A program made the translations under genes and the position numbers. The notes below the pieces were generated by a model. It did not search any database and was not told the origin of the DNA. It was given only the letters and a program-made list of their open reading frames with translations. Shown here one piece after another: positions 46,922 through 54,941 of a stretch of DNA of 64,000 bases. Source of the DNA: a virus; IMG/VR virus record IMGVR_UViG_3300045988_065571. One strand, given 5' to 3'. The first letter of the stretch is position 1, and every line of letters starts with the position of its first letter.

Positions 46922-47641
46922 ATGGCAACTTTAGATGAACTAGCGAATAGGATATCGGTATTAGAGAATCGGTATTCAACTTTAAACAGTGTAGTGAACG
47001 GACATGCTACCGAGATACATAATCTTGATACTAGATTAGATACTGCAGAATCTAAACTAAATAATCATGAGGGACGGATTGAAACTCTAGAAGTTAAAGT
47101 AGAGGATCACGAAAGAAGATTGCAACTGATAGAGAATTCTCATATAAAGTATACTGTATCAAGAAAGGTAAAATACCCCAAGAAAGCAGATCAAGGATTC
47201 TATCTATATCTCCCTGAAGATCTTACTATTGATATTCTAATGGAATACAATAATGGAGTAATCAAACAGAAATGGAACTGGTTGAATAGAATCTTTAATC
47301 CTCAGGGATTCGGTAAAGTATCATTCGACTTAGATAGAAACAGCGAAGGACATATTAAAACCATCGTTCTTGGTCAGAACACTAGGTTATTAATCCCAAC
47401 TGGTATTCATATTGAAGAATTCACTCCAGTTAAATCTGTACTGAAAGCTGCAAATGAAGAAACTAATTCTATCAACAGTGGATTAGTATACGGTATAGAA
47501 GTACTTGGTCAAGTTCCAGGAGATGAAGTGGTGGTAAGTGTATTCAACCCAACTTCTGAGATTATTGGAATCGAAGCTGGAAGCGTATTGGTTCAAGTAT
47601 TACATTTATTCTCTTATCATACAGTACCAGAAAAAGAATAA
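46922..47641 (+). CDS. Coiled-coil N-terminus fused to a degenerate dUTPase-fold domain
   Basis: The first 80 aa or so are heptad-like (LDTRLDTAESKLNNHEGRIETLEVKVEDHERRLQLIE). The remainder parallels the dut gene (DQGFYLYLPEDL, LLIPTGIHI, VYGIEVLGQVPGDEVVVSVFN, GSVLVQVLH) but lacks RSS, the Asp of motif III and the GFGS tail. Confidence 0.55.
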   Translation: MATLDELANRISVLENRYSTLNSVVNGHATEIHNLDTRLDTAESKLNNHEGRIETLEVKVEDHERRLQLIENSHIKYTVSRKVKYPKKADQGFYLYLPEDLTIDILMEYNNGVIKQKWNWLNRIFNPQGFGKVSFDLDRNSEGHIKTIVLGQNTRLLIPTGIHIEEFTPVKSVLKAANEETNSINSGLVYGIEVLGQVPGDEVVVSVFNPTSEIIGIEAGSVLVQVLHLFSYHTVPEKE

Positions 47642-47646
47642 TTACT

Positions 47647-48489
47647 ATGGATATTTCTAATCTGAAAGAAAAAGCCCCTGAAATCAAACAGGGGCTTGAA
47701 CTTGAGAATATGTATGAGATTGGTTATCGCCAATTAGACTGTTATAAACCTTTGGAAAGGTTACCCGAATATCCCATGGATATTAACAGTACTAAAAACC
47801 AATCTCTTATGAAAACCCTTATATCTCAAGTAGTAGAGGAGTTAATGGAGGGTTATGAATCTACTTCTAATATAAATGATATTCTAGAAAACAAAGGATG
47901 GAATACCAATTTATATACTGATGTAGAAGAGATTCAGATAATCAACAATCTACAGAATGCTAATGAAGAACAAGCAGATGCAATAGGATTCTTCTTATCA
48001 GCTTTGATATATGCTAACATATTGCCAGAGGATATCTATAGTTGGGCAAACAAAGAACTTACTAAAGATCAAAAGGCAGTAGAAAACTTAGAGGATGTAA
48101 TGGCATTCGGTATTCATATGATTTTAGAGATGGATACTATTGATAGTATATTCAAAAACTTTAGGCTAATATCTGAAACAATCGAGGATAAAACTTCCGA
48201 GTATATAAAGGGATTCAAGGAAATGAGTCCAAATTTGCATACCGATGAGAAAAATATTTTGTTTCAGATAGTGTATGTTTTGAATCTTGCTAGAAATACT
48301 CTTAAGAATCGTACATGGAAACAGTCACCAGTAATAACTAAAGAACTAGAATTCCAGGATAGGCTGGTAGAGGCATTCTATTATTATATGGGATTCCTAT
48401 CAATAATGGGATTTACTCCTACGGGTATCTATGAGCTGTATTTCAAAAAAGAGCGGTTGAATGAATGGAGAATCACTACACAATATTAA
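47647..48489 (+). CDS. All-alpha NTP pyrophosphohydrolase (dimeric dUTPase / MazG-like superfamily)
   Basis: VVEELMEGYES and NANEEQADAIGFFLSALIY are EExxE/D metal-binding helices. The C-terminal LKNRTWKQSPVITKELEFQDRLVEAFYYYMGFL...YELYFKKERLNEWR matches the K.WK ... Y..K...N..R pattern of the dUTPase_2 family. Confidence 0.55.
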   Translation: MDISNLKEKAPEIKQGLELENMYEIGYRQLDCYKPLERLPEYPMDINSTKNQSLMKTLISQVVEELMEGYESTSNINDILENKGWNTNLYTDVEEIQIINNLQNANEEQADAIGFFLSALIYANILPEDIYSWANKELTKDQKAVENLEDVMAFGIHMILEMDTIDSIFKNFRLISETIEDKTSEYIKGFKEMSPNLHTDEKNILFQIVYVLNLARNTLKNRTWKQSPVITKELEFQDRLVEAFYYYMGFLSIMGFTPTGIYELYFKKERLNEWRITTQY

Positions 48490-48504
48490 TGAAAGGAGGT
48501 ACTT

Positions 48505-49419
48505 GTGTCGGGTTGGAATAAAAAATTAAACGGATTAGAGCTTAATACAGAAGAGCAAATCCATTCATTAGAATTTGCTACTTCACAAGAAGCATGGGAA
48601 AAGTTAAATGAAGGATTTTTAAGACTAGAACCATCTTTATTTGCAAAAGGTGCTACCGCAAACAGTGGAGTAGCTGTGGTATATAACGTATTTATAAAAA
48701 TACGTAAAGCTTGGGTAGACCCAGATTTTGATTATGGTAGATGTTTCAATTATAAAGAGACTAAGTGGACAAGCTTACTGAACAATTACATTGATTTCAA
48801 TAAGCTTGATTTATTGCGTAGTAAGCTGAGAGTACTAAAAACCAAGTATAATCAGAATTACAACGTTACTTATATGTTTAATAATCATCACGATAACGGT
48901 AAACAATGTTTAATTGCTGCTACATTCTCCAAACGATTTGGGGAAGACATACCTGTTATTACAATGGTAATCAGGGCATCCGAGATAACAAAAAGATTAA
49001 TCTTCGACTTCTTACTAATACAACGAATGGCGGAATATGTGTACGGACCAGAACAATCAGTACAAATCAATTTATTTGCCACTCAAATGTATGGGAATGT
49101 AGAAACACTTCTGATGTATCATACTCATAAACCTTTGAAGAAGGTATTAAAGGGAACTGATAAAGAGAATTCCTGGATAAAGAGGTTGAATGAGGTATTC
49201 GATAAATTTCAAAACGGTAAAGAGAAAGATTTCTCTAGTTTTAAGGTATTCTTTAGAAGTTTTAAAGTGCTTCGACCAGATTTATATAGGGAAACATATA
49301 AATCTATGAAAGCAAAGGAATTACTTCTTGAATATGAAGATATCGAATATCCCGAGAATGTAATCTCTTACTCTCAACGTAAAGCATATAAGAAGAAACT
49401 TTTAAAACAGAAGAAATGA
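48505..49419 (+). CDS. Hypothetical protein with a possible divergent thymidylate-synthase-like fold (weak call)
   Basis: GTG start preceded by AAGGAGG (48493-48499). KQCLIAATFS...VIRASEITKRLIFDFLLIQRMAEYV loosely parallels the PC..qf...QRS.D...L....A layout of TS-fold enzymes. ATGA overlap with the downstream TS-like gene. Confidence 0.25.
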   Translation: MSGWNKKLNGLELNTEEQIHSLEFATSQEAWEKLNEGFLRLEPSLFAKGATANSGVAVVYNVFIKIRKAWVDPDFDYGRCFNYKETKWTSLLNNYIDFNKLDLLRSKLRVLKTKYNQNYNVTYMFNNHHDNGKQCLIAATFSKRFGEDIPVITMVIRASEITKRLIFDFLLIQRMAEYVYGPEQSVQINLFATQMYGNVETLLMYHTHKPLKKVLKGTDKENSWIKRLNEVFDKFQNGKEKDFSSFKVFFRSFKVLRPDLYRETYKSMKAKELLLEYEDIEYPENVISYSQRKAYKKKLLKQKK

Positions 49420-50162
49420 GAATTTATAGCAGTAGTTATGAGTTAATGTCTGAAATGGGCAGAGAACTCAACAGTTATGGTCAAACTGTAAAACCAAAGA
49501 CTTACCAGAATAAGAATATTGAAGGTAATGAAGATTTTGTAACTAAAGAGATCATTTGCCAACAATATTGCTTAACTTCTTTGCAAGATCCAACGTGGTT
49601 ATTCTTCTATTCAAGGTCTAGGGAATGGGCAGATGCTGAGTTCCAAGAAAGGATTAATACTTCTGAGGTAATTAACCCGGGCAAAGCTTGGGAATTAAGA
49701 AAAGACTTATGGGAACAGTTTTTGGTAGGTGGTAAATTTGATTACACCTATAATGAAAGAATTTACCATGTTATCAAAGACGTAATTAAATTACTTAGGG
49801 AGGATAATGATACTCGTAAAGCAGTACTCCCTATATTTAATGGAGACCAGGAATCTTTAGATACTTTCTGGTATGATGGAAGTAGACGTATTCCATGTTC
49901 TATGTACTATGATTTCCTTATCCGAGAGAATAGTAAGGGAGAGAAGGTATTACACATTTGCTATCACCAAAGAAGTTCGGACTTTGTTACTCACTTTGGT
50001 AATGATGTATATCTTGCATGGAGACTAATGGAACATGTAGCTAAAGAAGTAGGAGTAAAACCTGGTTATTTATATCACACCATAGATTCATTACATGCTT
50101 ATCAAAAAGACTGGGATAAGTTATCCAGTTCTCTAAGAGTATTCGAGGATACTATCATATAA
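49416..50162 (+). CDS. Thymidylate synthase-fold enzyme (ThyA / deoxypyrimidylate hydroxymethylase family)
   Basis: DTRKAVLPIFNG...RIPCSMYYDFLI...LHICYHQRSSDFVTHFGNDVYLAWRLMEHVA...YHTIDSLHAYQKD parallels the ThyA blocks sRR.i.s.wNp / PCH..~qf / yQRS.D..lG.pfNi / GD.HiY. The catalytic Cys is included. Confidence 0.65.
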   Translation: MRIYSSSYELMSEMGRELNSYGQTVKPKTYQNKNIEGNEDFVTKEIICQQYCLTSLQDPTWLFFYSRSREWADAEFQERINTSEVINPGKAWELRKDLWEQFLVGGKFDYTYNERIYHVIKDVIKLLREDNDTRKAVLPIFNGDQESLDTFWYDGSRRIPCSMYYDFLIRENSKGEKVLHICYHQRSSDFVTHFGNDVYLAWRLMEHVAKEVGVKPGYLYHTIDSLHAYQKDWDKLSSSLRVFEDTII

Positions 50163-50233
50163 TACATGCTTTATTTCTATTTTGTTTTGATGTCATTTTC
50201 GCAAAATGATTTAAAGTAACTCATATCAGGTTT

Positions 50234-50274
50234 AAGGAAGTAGGTCTGGGAAGATATACTTCCTTATTTTATTT
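50234..50274 (+). terminator. Rho-independent terminator between the nucleotide-metabolism genes and the DNA polymerase gene
   Basis: aaggaagta (50234-50242) pairs with tacttcctt (50257-50265), followed by attttattt. A smaller hairpin, tcatttt/aaaatga, lies at 50193-50209. Confidence 0.55.
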
Positions 50275-50287
50275 AAAAACTTCTAGT

Positions 50288-52594
50288 ATGGAAACGAAAT
50301 ATAAGATTATAACCAATAAACAAGAGCTAAAGAAACTTATACAGTGTTGTAAGCAAACTGGTTATGCTTCTGTGGACTTTGAAACAAATGCAGAGCCAAT
50401 ATATAACAAATCTTTTAAACCAACTATATTATCAGTAACTTTTCAACCGGGTTTTGGATGTTCTATACCTTTAGATCATTTCGAAACTGAAAAGTATACT
50501 TCTAAGGGATGGAATTGGAAAAAGATGCTTCGTAAATTTGGTGAAGAGGTAATTGAAAATCCAAATGTAGTTAAAGTTGCTTGGAACTACAAATTCGATG
50601 ATCAGATATTTCAAAAGTATAATATCTATTATCGAGGAGCATGTTTGGATGGTATGCTTGCTAAATATGTATTAAACGAAGAAAAACCTCATGATCTTAA
50701 GTCAATGGTAAGAAGGTATTTACCAGAATATGGGGATTATGAGAAGCAAGATAAATTCGATAAGATTCCCTGGGATAAAAAAGAATTAGAACCACTTTGT
50801 CATTATGGATGCCAAGATACAGATTATACTCTTAGGTTAATGTTATTCTTTGAGAAAAAGTTAATTGATCTGGGTTTATACTCCGTATACCGTAACCTTT
50901 TCATGTGTAATTCTCGGGTACTTACTTCAGTAGAAAAAGAGGGTTTATATGTAGATGTTGATTTCAATAAGAAATTATTAGACGAATATCTACCAAAGAT
51001 TGAGAATGCTAAAGATATCATATATAATCTTCCTAGAGTAAAGAAGTTTACTAAACAGTATAATCAATCCAAAATAGATAAGTATATTGCTAGCTTAGAA
51101 GAAGAGATAGAAAATTTGGACCCAGAAATAGACAAAAGAAAAATACAATCTAGGGAACAAAAAATCTCTAATATTCGAGCAGGAATCTTTACTACAAAGA
51201 AAGAGAAGGATCTTATAAGGATGGTAAACCTTGGTAGCTCAACTGATTTACCTCAATTGATGTATTCTGATATTGGTTTTAAATACCCGATCATTAAGTA
51301 TACGGTTGATAGTAAAACAGGTAAAGAGACTAATAAACCAAGTACGGATGAAGAAACTCTTATCAATCTGAGACTAAAGGTAAAAGACCCAGAATCACCT
51401 AAAGCAATATTCCTTGATCGTTTACTAGAACTAAGAGGTTTAGAGAAAATGTATAAAACCTATATATTAGGCTGGTCAGAAAAGATTCAAGATGATAATA
51501 GGTTACATGGTAGATACAATATACATGGTACTGATTCTAATCGTTTTAGTTCTGCAGACCCAAATATGCAACAAATACCTAAGACTTCAGTAGACCCCAA
51601 TATAAAGAAACAACTACTAGCTCCTCCCGGATATTTATATATGGCTTTTGACTACTCTCAAGCAGAGTTAAGAATGATGGCTCATCTATCTGGAGATGAA
51701 ACTTATCTTAAGGCTTTTAGAGATGGAGTAGACCCTCACTTATCTATTGCAGCGGCAAAATACCATGTATCAATTGAAGAAGCAAGTAAGGCTTATGATG
51801 ATGAAAACCATCCAGATCATAAATTATGGAAGAACCGAAGGAAACAGGCTAAACAAATTGCATTCGGACTTATTTATGGTATTGGAGATGCTTTATTAGC
51901 AGTAAAACTATCCGATCCAAAAGCTGGTATTATAGTTACAAAAGAAGAAGCACATAAAGAAATGGAAATCTTCTTTAAACAACATCCCAAAATCCTTAAA
52001 TTTAAAGAAAAACAAGAGAGATTCCTTCGTAAGCATGGGTATTATATCCAATTATTTGGTACTAAAAGGAGATTACCACAAATATATTCTCATGATAGGC
52101 AAGAGGAGGCTTATGCTATTAGATTAGGTCTTAATTTCCCTTGTCAGGGAGCAGCTGCAAATATGACTAATTTTGGAGCTATTCTTGTTTATTGGTTAAT
52201 GAGACAAGGTAAATTACCAATGATGAAAGAAGCCTGTACAGTACATGATGCAGTATATATGTATTCTAAACCAGAAGATATAAATACCTGGACTGTATAT
52301 ACCATTTGGAATATCCTACGTAACCCAAGTACTAAGAAATATTTTGGTTTTCAAGTTGATGACGTAGATATGGATATGGATTTTACAATTGGTAGGTCTA
52401 TGGCAGAAGAATTACCATTTATTCCAGGATACGATTATAATAAGATGCTTCAACCAGATTTTTCAGTAGAGGAATATATGGAAGAGCATAAGAAATATAA
52501 GCATATACACATCAAACAATTCAAAGAAAGGTTTAACAAACAAATAAAGAAGTATGAAGAAGATTTTAAACGGACCCACGGTATGGAGAGCTAA
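50288..52594 (+). CDS. Family A DNA polymerase with a 3'-5' exonuclease domain
   Basis: Exo I SVDFETN, Exo II WNYKFDDQIF, Exo III YGCQDTDYTL. Pol motif A FDYSQAELRMMAHLS, motif B RRKQAKQIAFGLIYGIG, motif C TVHDAVY. Confidence 0.95.
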   Translation: METKYKIITNKQELKKLIQCCKQTGYASVDFETNAEPIYNKSFKPTILSVTFQPGFGCSIPLDHFETEKYTSKGWNWKKMLRKFGEEVIENPNVVKVAWNYKFDDQIFQKYNIYYRGACLDGMLAKYVLNEEKPHDLKSMVRRYLPEYGDYEKQDKFDKIPWDKKELEPLCHYGCQDTDYTLRLMLFFEKKLIDLGLYSVYRNLFMCNSRVLTSVEKEGLYVDVDFNKKLLDEYLPKIENAKDIIYNLPRVKKFTKQYNQSKIDKYIASLEEEIENLDPEIDKRKIQSREQKISNIRAGIFTTKKEKDLIRMVNLGSSTDLPQLMYSDIGFKYPIIKYTVDSKTGKETNKPSTDEETLINLRLKVKDPESPKAIFLDRLLELRGLEKMYKTYILGWSEKIQDDNRLHGRYNIHGTDSNRFSSADPNMQQIPKTSVDPNIKKQLLAPPGYLYMAFDYSQAELRMMAHLSGDETYLKAFRDGVDPHLSIAAAKYHVSIEEASKAYDDENHPDHKLWKNRRKQAKQIAFGLIYGIGDALLAVKLSDPKAGIIVTKEEAHKEMEIFFKQHPKILKFKEKQERFLRKHGYYIQLFGTKRRLPQIYSHDRQEEAYAIRLGLNFPCQGAAANMTNFGAILVYWLMRQGKLPMMKEACTVHDAVYMYSKPEDINTWTVYTIWNILRNPSTKKYFGFQVDDVDMDMDFTIGRSMAEELPFIPGYDYNKMLQPDFSVEEYMEEHKKYKHIHIKQFKERFNKQIKKYEEDFKRTHGMES

Positions 52595-52763
52595 ATGCCT
52601 TTACTGTGATTGTGAATTCGAATACGATTGTTCAGAAGTGGATTCACATACTTTTGCTGATTGTAAAGTGGTTAAATGCCCAGGTTGCAATAGGTACCTT
52701 CATCATGAAGACAGTACTAAATCTACTACAGAAACGAAAAGAGAGGATACTATGACAACATAA
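52554..52763 (+). CDS. Small zinc-ribbon protein
   Basis: CLYCDC ... CPGCNRY cysteine pairs. Overlaps the end of the polymerase gene by 41 nt. Confidence 0.4.
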   Translation: MKKILNGPTVWRAKCLYCDCEFEYDCSEVDSHTFADCKVVKCPGCNRYLHHEDSTKSTTETKREDTMTT

Positions 52764-52782
52764 CTAATTAAAATTTTAGATT

Positions 52783-53289
52783 ATGGAAAATGACACATTA
52801 AAGAAAGATGCCGATAAGGTAATCAATGTAACTTACATGTTATCTGGAGTATTAGAACAATCATTCCAAGAAATGGATGAAATTTTGGATAGATTACACA
52901 AAAGACTTCACCATGAAGACAGAAGGTTAATCAATTCTATCCGAAAACACATAAGATTTCTCAATTCAAACATAGAATCACTAAGAACTCATTCACTTTC
53001 TAAGATGGATGAAGAAACAGTAGAATGCTTTGATGATACTACTCTTAGATTTTATGTAATCTTCATGAAATTACTTGAAGTTGCTGGTATAGATTACCTT
53101 TGCGATTTACGATTATACTCCATATATAACCTGTTGGATAAATATCAATCTCTTACTAGTTATCCTAAATTGGATTCTAGGGCTAAGATTGCTTTCCTAC
53201 AAGTTAAGAGAGATATAGAAAGTGGTCAGTATTCTGCCGAAGACATGAAAAACGTTTTTAAGTTGAAAGATGAAAACCGAGATAAATAA
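52783..53289 (+). CDS. Hypothetical protein (168 aa)
   Basis: Dominant-strand ORF. No motif recognised. Confidence 0.4.
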   Translation: MENDTLKKDADKVINVTYMLSGVLEQSFQEMDEILDRLHKRLHHEDRRLINSIRKHIRFLNSNIESLRTHSLSKMDEETVECFDDTTLRFYVIFMKLLEVAGIDYLCDLRLYSIYNLLDKYQSLTSYPKLDSRAKIAFLQVKRDIESGQYSAEDMKNVFKLKDENRDK

Positions 53290-53689
53290 ACTTAAGGTAG
53301 TATTTGAGGGTAGAACCTTAGAAATAGATATTCAAAAGGAATTATCTATCAATGAGAACTTATTAAATTCTCAGCTAAAGGATTCTCCCTCTAGTTATTA
53401 TATACTTGCTTCATTAAGAGATAAGTATATAAAACAAAGAGATGCTTTAGCAAGAGAAAAAGAGGAAGCATATTCTGCTGCATGGGTATTTATAAAAGAT
53501 TCCAATGAGAGGTTCAATAATGATTACGTATCTCATAAAGCTAATATAAACCCCAAATATAAATCTATTTGCAAAAGGTATCTAAAGGCTGCAGCTAAAG
53601 CTAATAAATTTATAGCTATCTGTAAAGCTTATGAGAGTAGAGAAGGCATCTTAAGAACTCTTAATGCCAATATCCGTAAGTTACAGTAG
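53270..53689 (+). CDS. Hypothetical protein; possible UvsY-like recombination mediator (weak call)
   Basis: 139 aa, helical, upstream of the SSB-like and RecA genes. The size and the C-terminal ..AICKAYESREGILRTL.. loosely recall T4 UvsY. Confidence 0.25.
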   Translation: MKTEINKLKVVFEGRTLEIDIQKELSINENLLNSQLKDSPSSYYILASLRDKYIKQRDALAREKEEAYSAAWVFIKDSNERFNNDYVSHKANINPKYKSICKRYLKAAAKANKFIAICKAYESREGILRTLNANIRKLQ

Positions 53690-53724
53690 GAACTATAAAA
53701 GATTACTAACTAAATTTTATAAAT

Positions 53725-54114
53725 ATGTATAATTTACAACTTATATCAACTCTAGTAGCTAAGAAGCTTGGTAATAGTATTCCAGGTTTACCCGTAGAAA
53801 ATAAAATCTTGGTATATTCTCCCAAAGAGATTAATACCACTGCTTCTGGTATTATTATTCCGGATATGGTAAAGGAAGGAGTTCCTCGTAAGGGTGTTGT
53901 TATTAAATCTGGTGTAATCACAGAAGAATATCAAACTTACAAGGACCACGTGGAAATCGGTCGTATAATCGAATATGGATTGTATGCTGGTAAAGAACAT
54001 CAATTCGATAAAAACCTCTTGCCAGAAGAATTACAACCTTTTTATGATAAAGGATTATTTACTGTACTGGCTTTGAACGAAATATCTTATTCAGAACCCA
54101 ATAACTTAGATTGA
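53725..54114 (+). CDS. groES: GroES-like co-chaperonin (T4 gp31 functional analogue)
   Basis: KILVYSPKEINTTASGIIIPDMVKEGVPRKGVVIKSGV....VEIGRIIEYGLYAGKE parallels GroES (kvlV...e.e.kT.gGI.lP.sa.ek...G.VvavG ... v.vGD.V.f..y.G.e). Confidence 0.55.
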   Translation: MYNLQLISTLVAKKLGNSIPGLPVENKILVYSPKEINTTASGIIIPDMVKEGVPRKGVVIKSGVITEEYQTYKDHVEIGRIIEYGLYAGKEHQFDKNLLPEELQPFYDKGLFTVLALNEISYSEPNNLD

Positions 54115-54115
54115 T

Positions 54116-54925
54116 ATGATTAAAGATAAGGACAAAAAGAAAAAGAAATTATCTTCTAGTGGCATGACTACTAAAGATAAGATGTTAGCCCGGAAAAAAC
54201 AATTAGAATCCAAGGGTAATGGTAGTGGATTGGTATTCCCTAAAGAGGGAACCTTAAGAATGAGAATCAAATCTCCAGGCGATGATCAAGAATTGGGTAT
54301 TGAATTGATTCAGTTCTATCTGAATAAAGATTTGGGAGGAGTTATTTCTCCGGCTACTTTTGATGAACCATGTCCCTTTATGGAAAAGTACCAGGAACTG
54401 AAAAACTCAAAAGACCCAGATGACCAGGAACTTGCAAAGATGTTGGTACCAAGAAGAAAATACGTAGTGGGCGGAATAATATATTCGGATGAAAAAGGTA
54501 CTAAGGTAGATTATGAAGGAAAAGATAAGGGAGTATTAATCCCAAGATCAGTATACCAGGATATTATCGACCTTTACTTGGATGAAGATGAAGCTGGAGA
54601 TATGACAGACCCAAGAACGGGATACGATATAAAAATTATCCGTTCTGGTTCAGGTAAGAATGATACTACATATTCGGCTCGTGCATGTAAACCTACTAAA
54701 CTTGACAAGAAGTATTCAGGTAACGTAGATTTGGAATCTATAGTAAGATCTCAGATTAAAGATTATGATGAACTGGAGGAAACTTTGGCCTCATTCTTAA
54801 AAGAAGGAAGAGATTCTGATGAAGAGGATGAAAAACCAAAGAAGAAAAAGAAAGGCATTCATAAGGATCACTACATGGATGATGAGCCAAAGAAGAAAAA
54901 GAGAAAGTATAAGTCAGATATTTGA
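54116..54925 (+). CDS. Putative single-stranded DNA-binding protein
   Basis: Immediately upstream of recA. Has KGNGSGLVFPKEGTLRMRI..., a Cys-Pro segment (EPCPFMEKY), and an acidic DSDEEDE tract near the C-terminus. Call rests mainly on context. Confidence 0.35.
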   Translation: MIKDKDKKKKKLSSSGMTTKDKMLARKKQLESKGNGSGLVFPKEGTLRMRIKSPGDDQELGIELIQFYLNKDLGGVISPATFDEPCPFMEKYQELKNSKDPDDQELAKMLVPRRKYVVGGIIYSDEKGTKVDYEGKDKGVLIPRSVYQDIIDLYLDEDEAGDMTDPRTGYDIKIIRSGSGKNDTTYSARACKPTKLDKKYSGNVDLESIVRSQIKDYDELEETLASFLKEGRDSDEEDEKPKKKKKGIHKDHYMDDEPKKKKRKYKSDI

Positions 54926-54941
54926 TAAATTGGTTTTATAA

